Part shown: in pieces, positions 39,150 through 48,311 of the stretch
How positions within the stretch are numbered: the first letter of the stretch is position 1
Layout of the letters: every line of letters starts with the position of its first letter
Source of the DNA: Candidatus Doudnabacteria bacterium RIFCSPHIGHO2_12_FULL_48_16
Lineage (GTDB): Bacteria > Patescibacteriota > Doudnabacteria > UBA920 > O2-02-FULL-48-8
Reading direction: 5' to 3'
Assembly (NCBI GenBank): GCA_001780035.1
Contig: MFEY01000007.1
Span: 123,155 to 187,154 of the forward strand
Length of the DNA stretch: 64,000 bases
The notes under the pieces: generated by a model
The model's input: only the letters and a program-made list of their open reading frames with translations
Told to the model about the DNA's origin: nothing
The model's database searches: none
Program-made: the position numbers and the translations under genes

Positions 39150-39455
39150 TTACTTCAAATTAAGCACGAGCAGAATTGCCATGGCCACCGCCAACCAGCC
39201 GAGTGTCAGCCCAAAAAAATTCAGCGCTTCTTTCTTTTGGCCGTCCAGATACATCATGACCGGCCAGCCCAGGACCAAGGATCCCGCCACGGCCGCGGAA
39301 AAAACAAACAGCAGGAGGATTGCGATTGGACCCAGAATTGTCTGTTCCTGCTTGAACCAGTGCTCGCCGTTATTCATAATCCACACAACCAATGAAACAT
39401 AAGCGACGACCAAAGCCGCATGACCCAAACTATGCACCGCTGGATTATTCTTCAT
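39150..39455 (-). CDS. small membrane protein (101 aa)
   Basis: three TM helices; no motif. Confidence 0.4.
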   Translation of the reverse strand: MKNNPAVHSLGHAALVVAYVSLVVWIMNNGEHWFKQEQTILGPIAILLLFVFSAAVAGSLVLGWPVMMYLDGQKKEALNFFGLTLGWLAVAMAILLVLNLK

Positions 39456-39477
39456 GATTTTCTTTTTAATTATTTCT

Positions 39478-39552
39478 TGGTGGTCCCGGTTGGAATCGAA
39501 CCAACATTAGTGGCTTAGAAGTCCACAGTTCTATCCATTGAACTACGGGACC
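39478..39552 (-). tRNA. tRNA-Arg (TCT)
   Basis: acceptor GGTCCCG/CGGGACC perfect, D-stem GTTC/GAAC, anticodon loop CTTCTAA, T-arm GTTGG-TTCGATT-CCAAC, CCA encoded. Confidence 0.75.
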
Positions 39553-39679
39553 TTGGGCAAAAAAATAATCTCCACAGTATGGAGACCTCGAAGGCGTAAC
39601 TGCTGTGTCAGATACGCGGCTTGCTATTTATAATTATACTCCTTTTGGGCCAAAAAGTCAATAATGCTATACTTAATCA

Positions 39680-40228
39680 ATGAAACAGGTCCTTGTCAGA
39701 AAGTTCGGCCACCTGGCGGCGAGCGCCGCATTTTTTGCCTTCCCCTATTTTTTTTCGCCCAAAACCATGATCGGCTTGTGCGGCTTATTTGCGATTTTAC
39801 TGCTGCTCGGGCATCTGATCGGCCTCTCTCGCCACCACCGGGTCGACCGGATCACGCTCGGTGAATTTTATTTTCCCTTGGGCGTGGCGCTGTCCGCTTT
39901 TTTCTTCCTCCCGCAAAATCTTCTGGCGTTCCAATTCGGCATCCTCATCCTCGGCGTCAGCGACACGGCGGCCGAGCTCACCGGGCGGCTCTGGGGCCGC
40001 CATCAAATCAAATCCGTGCACAAAACCTGGGAGGGAGTGCTCGCTTTCTTTCTCGTCAGCCTTCTGATCTTCCTGCTGTTCGTCTGGCCGCAGCACCCGG
40101 GAACAATCCTGGCCGGACTGTCGATTACCTTGTTGCTGACTTTGCTGGAAGGATTGCTCAGTTTCGGTCTCGACAATTTATTTTTACCAATTATCGCCGC
40201 TGTCCTGCTCAATTGGTTAATTAAATAA
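39680..40228 (+). CDS. CTP_transf_1 family membrane protein (CdsA/dolichol-kinase-like)
   Basis: 182 aa; 'SDTAAELTGRLWGRHQI..KTWEG' resembles the CdsA C-terminal catalytic motif. Confidence 0.45.
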   Translation: MKQVLVRKFGHLAASAAFFAFPYFFSPKTMIGLCGLFAILLLLGHLIGLSRHHRVDRITLGEFYFPLGVALSAFFFLPQNLLAFQFGILILGVSDTAAELTGRLWGRHQIKSVHKTWEGVLAFFLVSLLIFLLFVWPQHPGTILAGLSITLLLTLLEGLLSFGLDNLFLPIIAAVLLNWLIK

Positions 40229-40313
40229 TGGGCCAAGGGTTTGTTTGCCCAGGCTCGGCAAATCTGCTATATTTGAGTGTCCGATTTCGGACACCAAAGG
40301 AGTGAAAAACGGG

Positions 40314-41018
40314 ATGACTAAACCCACGCAAGGCCCAGAGTACGCCTACTTCACGGTCGCGGACTACGACAAGACGCCGGCGCTTGTCGAGTTCGCCCGG
40401 CAGGTCGCCAAGGTGGTGCCGCTACTGTCGTCCAACGGCACGGCCCGCTACCTGCGGGAGGCCGGATTGCCCGTGACGTCGGTCACCGAGATCATCAAGC
40501 ACTCGATCGCACACCGGCTGGCCAATGCGAACGGAGCACCGGCTGCGGTGCTCAAGTTCGAGGAAGGCCGTAAGATCATCGACTGGACAGCCGAGGTGCT
40601 GTCCGAGTATGATCTGCTCAACGGCCGGATCAAGACGCTGCGGCCCGAGTGCATGGGCCCCATCCTGGCCGCACCGGATCAGATCGGCGAACTGCAGCGC
40701 CTCGGCATGTGTCGGATCGTGCTCAACCGCACCAGCTTCTACGCCTTCCGGCGCGAAGTCCAGCGCGACGGCAGCACCCTGAAGTCGATCCGCCAGAAGC
40801 TCGACATCGGCGGCCCCACCGGCATCATGTGCACGATCAAGGCGGATGGCCTGCCGATCATCTTCGCCGAAGACCACGATGAGGTGCTCCAGTATCTCTG
40901 GAGCGACCGAATCAACGACGAGTTCCGGCGCCGGATGCAGAGAAAGGCAGCGTGGCACGTCGCGGACTACTACCAGCAGGTCGCCCGCTGGCTGACCGAG
41001 ATCCCGATGCCCGCGTAG
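40314..41018 (+). CDS. PurH-like MGS-domain protein (IMP cyclohydrolase-like domain only), GC-rich
   Basis: ~235 aa from Met 40314 with 'aaaggag' SD; 'VEFARQVAKVVPLLSSNGTARYLREAGLPVTSVTEI...GRIKTLRP...LDIGGPTG' parallels PurH N-terminal IMPCH/MGS blocks. Confidence 0.5.
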   Translation: MTKPTQGPEYAYFTVADYDKTPALVEFARQVAKVVPLLSSNGTARYLREAGLPVTSVTEIIKHSIAHRLANANGAPAAVLKFEEGRKIIDWTAEVLSEYDLLNGRIKTLRPECMGPILAAPDQIGELQRLGMCRIVLNRTSFYAFRREVQRDGSTLKSIRQKLDIGGPTGIMCTIKADGLPIIFAEDHDEVLQYLWSDRINDEFRRRMQRKAAWHVADYYQQVARWLTEIPMPA

Positions 41019-41112
41019 CCACAGATGCGCAACACGGTCTGGCTGATTGTTCTCCCCTTCAACCGGGAAAACCTCAGTCCAGACCGTGCCTCACTTTTTT
41101 TATAAGTTAAAT

Positions 41113-42501
41113 TTATAACTGCGCCAAGCGTTCCGCCAGCCCCAGATAGTTTTCCGGGGTGATTTTTTTGAGCTCGGCTTTGATCTTAGGCTTTATGTCC
41201 AGTTGGTCGATAAATTTATAAATATCCTTGAGGACAAGGGTTTTGCCGCGGGTTAATTCTTTTAATTTTTCATACGGCATTCTTTTCCCTTCGCGGCGCA
41301 GGATGGTCTGAATGGCTTCCGCAATCACCTCCGGATGCTTATTTAAATCTTCCCGCATCTTGGTTTTGTTCACCACAATCCGGGCAAGTTGGTTGTTCAA
41401 ATATTTAAAACCTATCAAGCTGTGCCCGAATGCGGTACCTATACTTCGCAAAACCGTAGAATCGGATAAATCTCTTTGTAGGCGTGAAATGGGAAGCTTG
41501 CGCGCAAAAAATTCAAATAAAGCATTAGCTGTTCCTAAATTTCCTTCGCTGTTTTCCAAAAACCAGGGGTTAATTTTATGCGGCATGGTCGAGGAGCCGA
41601 CCTCGCCTGCCACAGACTGCTGGGCGATCCAATCGTCGCTGATATAACGCCACACATCCTGATTGAAACCGATTAAAATAAAATTGATTCTCCTTAGCAT
41701 ATCAAACAATTCAACAAAGCTGTCATAGGGCTCTATTTGCGTCGTAAACAAATTGATCTCCATTTTTACCTTCCTGAATTGAGCTATTCCCTTGATGAAT
41801 TTTTTGGAAAAATTTACCCAGTCAATCCGTGGATATGCCGCATGGAGCGCGTTGTAATTGCCGGTTGCGCCATTTAATTTTGCCAAAAGAACATGGTTTT
41901 TGATTTGGCCTATTTGGCGACTCAATCTTTCTTCAAATATCTTGAATTCCTTGCCGAAGGTCGTAGGCGAGGCCGGTTGCCCGTGAGTGCGGGCAAGCAT
42001 CGGGATATTTTTATTATCCTTAGCCAGTTTGCCGATTTTTTTGGCAATTTCTTCCAGTGCCGGTAAATAAACTTCTCTCATACTTTCCCCTATCATAAGC
42101 GTATAAGCGGTATGCGTGGCATCCCAGGTGGTTAGGCCAAAATGCGTGAACTCCAAAATATCTTTTAGGCTTGTTTTTCCGAGTTTTTCTTTTATAAAGT
42201 ATTCCATCGCCTTAAAATCGTGATTGGTGGCTTTTATTTCCTTGTATCCCTTAAGTTCAATGTCACTAATAATTTGCGCGTCTTTTATTGAAAAGTTTTC
42301 ATATAAATTTCTTAACAACTTTTTTTCTTTTGCACTTAATTTTCGCATTCCTACCCCTCTTGTTTCTGATAAAGCAATCAAATATTCACACTCCATAAGA
42401 ACCTTGTATTTCATAGAGGCTGACTCGCTGAAATAAGGAGCTAGGTCCTTCGTGTATTTTTCGTATCGTCCGTCTAATGGCGAAATTGAATTTAACGGCA
42501 T
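41113..42501 (-). CDS. purB: adenylosuccinate lyase
   Basis: 462 aa; 'SPLDGRYEKYTKDLAPYFSE', fumarate-lyase signature region 'GSSTMPHKINP'. Confidence 0.85.
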   Translation of the reverse strand: MPLNSISPLDGRYEKYTKDLAPYFSESASMKYKVLMECEYLIALSETRGVGMRKLSAKEKKLLRNLYENFSIKDAQIISDIELKGYKEIKATNHDFKAMEYFIKEKLGKTSLKDILEFTHFGLTTWDATHTAYTLMIGESMREVYLPALEEIAKKIGKLAKDNKNIPMLARTHGQPASPTTFGKEFKIFEERLSRQIGQIKNHVLLAKLNGATGNYNALHAAYPRIDWVNFSKKFIKGIAQFRKVKMEINLFTTQIEPYDSFVELFDMLRRINFILIGFNQDVWRYISDDWIAQQSVAGEVGSSTMPHKINPWFLENSEGNLGTANALFEFFARKLPISRLQRDLSDSTVLRSIGTAFGHSLIGFKYLNNQLARIVVNKTKMREDLNKHPEVIAEAIQTILRREGKRMPYEKLKELTRGKTLVLKDIYKFIDQLDIKPKIKAELKKITPENYLGLAERLAQL

Positions 42502-42510
42502 AATTTTATC

Positions 42511-43482
42511 TTATCTTTGTATTTCGTATTTTTTTAAACTATTTTTAATTCTTTGCTCTATTGGTTCTTGAATATTTGCCTCAAATTTTCTACCGAGCAT
42601 TTTCTCATATATTTCTATATAGCGGGAAGCGAGCTCAACTATCATATCTGGAGGCACTTCCGGCAAAACCTTGTCTTTATACGGGTCACATTTACCCTTA
42701 AACCATAAGCGCAAAAACTCTTTATCAAAATATTCTGGTTCCTCTCCATTATTGAACCTCTCCTCATAACTTTTTAGCATCCACCAACGTGCGCTGTCAG
42801 GCGTGTGTATCTCATCAATAAGGACAAGGTTGTTATTTTCATCTAAACCAAATTCATATTTTGTATCAACCATAATAAATCCTCGATCGGCTGATATTTC
42901 CTGGCCTCTTTTGAAAAGTGCCAATGATGTGTCTGAAACTTTTTTTAGTATATCTGTTGTCAATAGTCCTTCATCAACAATCTCTTTCGGGGTCAAACTT
43001 CTGTCGTGCTCTTCAAGTTTGGTAGTAAAGGTTAAGACGGTCTCTTTAAGTTTCTCATTTTTACGGAGCCCTTCGGGTAAAATAAAATTTCCAAAATCTC
43101 TTTTTCCTTTTTGATAATGGGTCCAGAGCGAGGTATTAGTAGATCCTGTAATATATGCCCTTGGAATTATTTCTATGGGGACAATTTTATATTTCTTTGC
43201 CACTAAAACATTAGGATCAGGGTATTCTAAAACATGATTAGGAATAATATCTTTTGTTGCATCAAACCAGTATCTGCTGGTTTCAGTTAGAATTTGCCCC
43301 TTAAAAGGTATGTGCGCGATTATTCGATCAAATGAAGAATGACGATCGGTCGAAATCAAAATTAGTTTGTCGCCCAAATCATAAATGTCTCTGACCTTAC
43401 CCGTCCTTTTTGGACCAAGCGCTGACAGATTGGTCTCCCTTAAAACATTATTAATATTTTGAGCGATGATTTTTTTTTCCAT
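42511..43482 (-). CDS. purC: phosphoribosylaminoimidazole-succinocarboxamide synthase (SAICAR synthetase)
   Basis: 323 aa; 'GKVRDIYDLGDKLILISTDRHSSFD', 'DTKYEFG'. Confidence 0.85.
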   Translation of the reverse strand: MEKKIIAQNINNVLRETNLSALGPKRTGKVRDIYDLGDKLILISTDRHSSFDRIIAHIPFKGQILTETSRYWFDATKDIIPNHVLEYPDPNVLVAKKYKIVPIEIIPRAYITGSTNTSLWTHYQKGKRDFGNFILPEGLRKNEKLKETVLTFTTKLEEHDRSLTPKEIVDEGLLTTDILKKVSDTSLALFKRGQEISADRGFIMVDTKYEFGLDENNNLVLIDEIHTPDSARWWMLKSYEERFNNGEEPEYFDKEFLRLWFKGKCDPYKDKVLPEVPPDMIVELASRYIEIYEKMLGRKFEANIQEPIEQRIKNSLKKYEIQR

Positions 43483-43487
43483 AAAAT

Positions 43488-44507
43488 TTATTTTAAATTT
43501 ACCTGACCAGTTCCCTTAATAACTTTACCTATTTCATAAGTATCTATACCAAATTTTTGTAAGTGTTTTTTTATTTCTTCCGCATAATTTTCTTTTACCA
43601 CGGCAGTTATGCCCACCCCCATATTAAAAGTTCGGAACATGTCAGCGTCTTCCAATTTACCGAATTTTTTCAAAATTCGGAATATTTGTAAAACTTTTAT
43701 CTTTTTTACATCAATAACGGCGTTTAAATTTTTTGGCAAAATTCGATTTAAATTTTCTTTTATGCCACCACCTGTTATATGCGCTAAACCTACCAATCCT
43801 TTATTTCTAAATAAACCCTTCAAACTATTATAATAACATCGGTGGGGTATCAATACATTTTTAATAAAAAATTTTCCGCCTATTTTCTCTTTAAGTATTT
43901 TAGGGTTTTGTTCTATTATTTTTCTAACCAACGAAATACCGTTTGTGTGTAGGCCATTTGATGCAAGGGCAAGCACCGTATCGCCTTCTTTTATTTTTGA
44001 ACCATCAATAATTAGATCTTTTTCAACAACACCCACAACATTTGCTGTAAGTATATAAGTTCCATTGGGTACAACTCCAGGTTGTTCAGAGGTCTCTCCT
44101 CCCGTTAACAAGCAGCCATTTTCTTTACACGCTTTAGTTAACGAAGAAACAATCTTTAAAATAACATCTTTTTCCATTTTTCCACAAACAATGCAATCTT
44201 GGACAGAAAGCGGATGGGCGCCCATTACAATAGCATCATTTATCAAATGACCCACAAGATCATAACAAAGCGTCTCTATACTGTTATTTTCTAGGGCTAA
44301 TTTTTGTTTTGTCCCAGGTTCTTCTGTTTTAAAAACTAAAACCGGATGCTTATATTCAGGAAAAGTTGCATCATAAAGCGTCGCAAAAGCCCCAACTCTA
44401 TTTAGTACTTTTTTATTTTGCACTCTCATAACTTTTGCTATATTGCTTTTGGTGCTGTTGGCAACGTCAATATCAACTCCTGAATTTTTATAAGATAATT
44501 TTTGCAT
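43488..44507 (-). CDS. purM: phosphoribosylformylglycinamidine cyclo-ligase (AIR synthetase)
   Basis: 339 aa; 'YKNSGVDIDVANSTKSNI', PurM N- and C-domains. Confidence 0.85.
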   Translation of the reverse strand: MQKLSYKNSGVDIDVANSTKSNIAKVMRVQNKKVLNRVGAFATLYDATFPEYKHPVLVFKTEEPGTKQKLALENNSIETLCYDLVGHLINDAIVMGAHPLSVQDCIVCGKMEKDVILKIVSSLTKACKENGCLLTGGETSEQPGVVPNGTYILTANVVGVVEKDLIIDGSKIKEGDTVLALASNGLHTNGISLVRKIIEQNPKILKEKIGGKFFIKNVLIPHRCYYNSLKGLFRNKGLVGLAHITGGGIKENLNRILPKNLNAVIDVKKIKVLQIFRILKKFGKLEDADMFRTFNMGVGITAVVKENYAEEIKKHLQKFGIDTYEIGKVIKGTGQVNLK

Positions 44508-44508
44508 A

Positions 44509-45348
44509 TTATTTATTCATATAGTCCATTCCGACTGTTTCAAAAATCTGTTTAAAGTTCTTTAAAATTGTTTTCTTGCCATTATCAAAACACACTATGA
44601 ATTGAAAATAGGCACTTGGAAGATATGGTTTGTTCAAATCTTCTAGCCTTGATTCTACAATAAAAGCGCAAGTTCTAGGGATCTCAAAATTTTCAGTATC
44701 TATCAGGTGTATACGCTTGTTCTTCAGGATTTCTTTTATTTTTTTAAAAGTATCTCCTGTAATAATATTACCTTCTGATGACCCCGTAATTGAATGTCCA
44801 AGGTTTATAGATTGATTAGGGTCAGAACTTATTGTCACCCATTTAGTCTTTCTAAATTTGTTTTGAAATAAATTTTTAGCGAATAAGCACAAATCAGAAA
44901 TTTTTATTCCCACCTCTACGTGTTTAGCAATTTCAAATATACTAGTGTAAACATTTTTTAAATGCTGTTTTATTTCTTCGTTGTCTCCTCTGTATATTGT
45001 AAACCCTATATCTCCCATCATTCCGGTCTTTCTATCGACTGGGGAAAAATATATGCTTCCCACCGTTTCTTTTTTAAAAATTGATGTTTCGCTCGGCCAA
45101 TAGATTGGATTCCTTAAGCTGTCGTATTTGAGGCGCTCAAAAGGACTTTCGTCAAATAAAACACTTGCCCCTCCTGGTGGCGGGTCATACCAACCATTTG
45201 GGAAAATGCTTTCATAATTAGACATTTTAGAAACAATTAACTTATGTATCTCAATTTCAGAAACATTATCAATACTCGACAAAGATTGAGCAGCTATTTC
45301 TGCAGAGATTTTTCTAGTTTGAATTACTGCATCAATCAAACTTATCAT
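44509..45348 (-). CDS. conserved hypothetical protein embedded in the pur operon
   Basis: 279 aa; tightly packed between purM (2-nt gap) and purE (2-nt gap); no recognisable motif. Confidence 0.45.
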   Translation of the reverse strand: MISLIDAVIQTRKISAEIAAQSLSSIDNVSEIEIHKLIVSKMSNYESIFPNGWYDPPPGGASVLFDESPFERLKYDSLRNPIYWPSETSIFKKETVGSIYFSPVDRKTGMMGDIGFTIYRGDNEEIKQHLKNVYTSIFEIAKHVEVGIKISDLCLFAKNLFQNKFRKTKWVTISSDPNQSINLGHSITGSSEGNIITGDTFKKIKEILKNKRIHLIDTENFEIPRTCAFIVESRLEDLNKPYLPSAYFQFIVCFDNGKKTILKNFKQIFETVGMDYMNK

Positions 45349-45350
45349 TT

Positions 45351-45866
45351 CTATTTCTCCAAATATTTTTTGTATCCGACTTTCAGAAGTTTTTCGCCTT
45401 TGGCCTCCGTATCTTTTGCCAATTTCTTTTTATAAGCAATCAGTTTGTTTTCCAGAGTTTTGTCGTTTGTAGCGAGAATTTGGACAGCCAAGAGCCCCGC
45501 ATTTTTACCGGCATTGATACCGACGGTTGCCACCGGCACGCCGGGCGGCATTTGCGCCGTCGATAAGAGCGAATCAAGCCCGTCCAAAGTCTTCGCTTTG
45601 GTTGGAACTCCAATGACTGGTAGTGTCGTCAGAGACGCCACTACCCCGGCCAAATGCGCCGCGCCGCCCGCGCCAGCAATAAAGACCCTTATATTGTGCT
45701 TATTCGCGCCCTTGGCCAGCTGATACACATAGTCTGGGCTCCGATGGGCGGAGGCAACGGTCATATTGTAAGGCACCCCAAATTCCTCTAGGATTTTCGC
45801 ACTTTCAACGAATACTTCAATATCCGTATCCGAGCCCATAATTATACCTACCGATACTTCTTTCAT
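45351..45866 (-). CDS. purE: 5-(carboxyamino)imidazole ribonucleotide mutase
   Basis: 171 aa; 'GIIMGSDTD', 'VFIAGAGGAAHLAGVVAS...PVIGVP'. Confidence 0.85.
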   Translation of the reverse strand: MKEVSVGIIMGSDTDIEVFVESAKILEEFGVPYNMTVASAHRSPDYVYQLAKGANKHNIRVFIAGAGGAAHLAGVVASLTTLPVIGVPTKAKTLDGLDSLLSTAQMPPGVPVATVGINAGKNAGLLAVQILATNDKTLENKLIAYKKKLAKDTEAKGEKLLKVGYKKYLEK

Positions 45867-45924
45867 ATTTTTATCCTATCATTTTGGTTTTAATAATTCA
45901 ATCGCTTTTTTACCGAGCGGCTTT

Positions 45925-46449
45925 TCATAGGTTATTCAAAATAAAATCCCGGCGCTTACTGGGAGTCGAGAGCGGTACGGCTATCACATTAAGTCCCAGA
46001 TCGGCGTAAACCTGTCCCAGCAGGCCGTGAATCTGCGCCGCTTCCTCGGCCGTTTCGGTCCTGGCGTGATCTGCGGCAAATGCCACGGGTTCGAGCAAAA
46101 ACACTTTTTTATAGCGGCAGCTCTCAATCAGCTGCTGCTCCGCTGGGGTGGGGCGAATATTCAAAAATTTGTAATAAGCCAGAGAGTCGGGAATACCGCG
46201 GTCAAAAAAAATCTGTTCGGCGGCTGCCAGGCTCTGTTCCAACTGATTTTTTAACTGCAAAATATGCCGCTGAAAGGCCGCCTCGTCCGCCCGAATCTGC
46301 CGCAGGGTTAATCCGCGCTTTAGCTCTTGTTCAATAAAAATACGGGCCGCTTCATGCTCCACGCGAAATCCCCGGTGCTCGATCAGTTCCAATACCGTAG
46401 TTTTGCCGCTGGACGGCCCCCCCGTAATTACATACCAATTGTTGGTCAT
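45925..46449 (-). CDS. P-loop NTPase/kinase (AAA_28/NadR-C-like), GC-rich
   Basis: ~175 aa from Met 46449 ('MTNNWYVITGGPSSGKTT'); the upstream in-frame extension overlaps the HAD gene and is discounted. Confidence 0.5.
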   Translation of the reverse strand: MTNNWYVITGGPSSGKTTVLELIEHRGFRVEHEAARIFIEQELKRGLTLRQIRADEAAFQRHILQLKNQLEQSLAAAEQIFFDRGIPDSLAYYKFLNIRPTPAEQQLIESCRYKKVFLLEPVAFAADHARTETAEEAAQIHGLLGQVYADLGLNVIAVPLSTPSKRRDFILNNL

Positions 46450-46502
46450 GGATAAAAAAATTAAACGCGGGGGGGAGCCAGATTCGCTGACTCCACCACC
46501 CT

Positions 46503-47480
46503 CTACACCCTGACCACTTGCCGCTGCCATTGCCGCACGATGTCGGAGAAAGCGCCGCCTTGCGACAGTAACTCCTCCGTTTCCGGGCTGGCCAACAAAC
46601 CAGCCGGTTGCGTCCAGCAGCGGAACCCAACCGAGGGTTCGGGCAGGTCGTTCGCCTTGGCGCCGGTGGGATTGAACCAGAGGAACGGCACGCCGCAATT
46701 CTGGGCCAATCCGCCATCTTTGCGCCAATCGTCGCCGCACATCACGGTGTGCGACCGCATGTCTTCGGTCACCGCCTGATCGAGGCGCAGCCCGCGGATC
46801 CTGGCCCACTGCTTGTGAACCAGCGTCATCAGAAACGGGCTCGGCTTGACCCGACGGTGGGACTCAATCTCGCCCATACCCCGCAGGTCGTCGTCGCTGA
46901 GCATGATCGGCGGCACCGGCAGACCCCACGAACAGAAGGTCCGACGGATGAACTGCTCGTGGCCGGAAGAGATGATGGCAACCAGGATGTCGACATCATG
47001 GTGGCGGTTGAGCCAACTGATCGCATCCAGGAAGCTCGCCAAGCCCGAACACTGCTGCGGCCAGCAACTGCCGTTGTCCATCTGGGCTCCAACCTGCTCC
47101 ATCAGGTAGCTGAGCTTGAGCCGCACCAGCAGCTCGGTAATCGCACCGGCCGGGGCATTGTCGTCCCATTCAAGCGATAGGCCCTTGCCCGCTGGCACGC
47201 AGTTGCCCAAGCGGTGAACGTGCCGTTCGTGGAACGCCCGGGCTGAATCGACTAGATTGTCAAACGGCCCCTCGCTCAGCATGTGCTGAATCAGTTCGCC
47301 CGGCGTGCGGTTTTGCAGGCCGCCCACCCGGTCGAAAACCTCGGGACCTTGGGCTCCGAACAGTTCGCTGACCGCATTCTGATACGCTTCGGTTACGCCA
47401 AGTCCCCCCGGACCCGGTTTGAAGGTATCAGCCACGGTCCCGTCGAAATCCATGACGACGAGATAGTCGGCTGTAGTCAA
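46503..47480 (-). CDS. HAD superfamily hydrolase, GC-rich
   Basis: 325 aa; motif I 'VVMDFDGTVADT'; HAD fold. Confidence 0.55.
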   Translation of the reverse strand: MTTADYLVVMDFDGTVADTFKPGPGGLGVTEAYQNAVSELFGAQGPEVFDRVGGLQNRTPGELIQHMLSEGPFDNLVDSARAFHERHVHRLGNCVPAGKGLSLEWDDNAPAGAITELLVRLKLSYLMEQVGAQMDNGSCWPQQCSGLASFLDAISWLNRHHDVDILVAIISSGHEQFIRRTFCSWGLPVPPIMLSDDDLRGMGEIESHRRVKPSPFLMTLVHKQWARIRGLRLDQAVTEDMRSHTVMCGDDWRKDGGLAQNCGVPFLWFNPTGAKANDLPEPSVGFRCWTQPAGLLASPETEELLSQGGAFSDIVRQWQRQVVRV

Positions 47481-47531
47481 ATTGGGTCCTCCTCTAAAAT
47501 CCTTCGCGAACGCAAAATTAAATTAGCTGAT

Positions 47532-48308
47532 CTACCGGTGCTGAAAATATCTGACGGCGTTTTGAAACAATTGTAAACCCGGACCATCTTTCGGCAGCGC
47601 CCGGCCGGCGCGCAAGTGTTCTTCCTTCAGCCTAGTCCAGTGCGGCAGCTGGGTAAAACTGATCGCCCGCTCCGGGTGGGGCATGAGCCCCAGGACTCTT
47701 CCTTCATATGATAAAACAGCGGCAATGTTATTCAAAGAGCCGTTCGGGTTAGCCGGCAAATCTTCGCGCCGGCAAATATCCCCTTTGGCGTAAGTCGCGG
47801 CAATCCGCTGCGCTTTTTTGAGCTGGTTTAAGGTTTTGGGCTCGGCAAAATATTTGCCCTCACCGTGGGCAATGGGCACAGATAGCATGTTGATACCGGC
47901 CAACCAGGGACTTTTGCCTTCAATCTTGATATCGACCCAGCGGTCGATATAGCGGGCCGAATCATTGAACACCAAAGCGCCCGGCAGCAAACCGAGGTTG
48001 GTTAAAATCTGAAATCCGTTGCAAATGCCAATGACCAACTTGTCCGATTCGACAAATGTCTGCAGCTCGCCGGATAAATGATTTTTAAATTTATTGGCAA
48101 AGGCCTTGCCCGAACCGGTGTCGTCCCCAAATGAAAATCCGCCCGGCACGGCCAGGATCTGATAGTTTTTCAGTTTCTTAATGCCGCGGATTAGATCATT
48201 CAAATGCACGATCTCGGCGCTGCCGCCGGCTCGTTCAAAGGCAAACGCCGTTTCTTCTTCGCAATTGAGTCCGTATCCGGACAAAACCAAAATTCTGGGC
48301 TTGAGCAT
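47532..48308 (-). CDS. purQ: phosphoribosylformylglycinamidine synthase, glutaminase subunit
   Basis: 258 aa; 'ILVLSGYGLNCEEET', catalytic 'GICNGFQIL', His/Glu near the C-terminus. Confidence 0.85.
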   Translation of the reverse strand: MLKPRILVLSGYGLNCEEETAFAFERAGGSAEIVHLNDLIRGIKKLKNYQILAVPGGFSFGDDTGSGKAFANKFKNHLSGELQTFVESDKLVIGICNGFQILTNLGLLPGALVFNDSARYIDRWVDIKIEGKSPWLAGINMLSVPIAHGEGKYFAEPKTLNQLKKAQRIAATYAKGDICRREDLPANPNGSLNNIAAVLSYEGRVLGLMPHPERAISFTQLPHWTRLKEEHLRAGRALPKDGPGLQLFQNAVRYFQHR

Positions 48309-48311
48309 GAA

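Noticed and set aside
40422-40958. 178-aa ORF antisense to the PurH-like gene
   Set aside because: Spurious open frame in a GC-rich segment. The PurH-like MGS motifs are on the plus strand.
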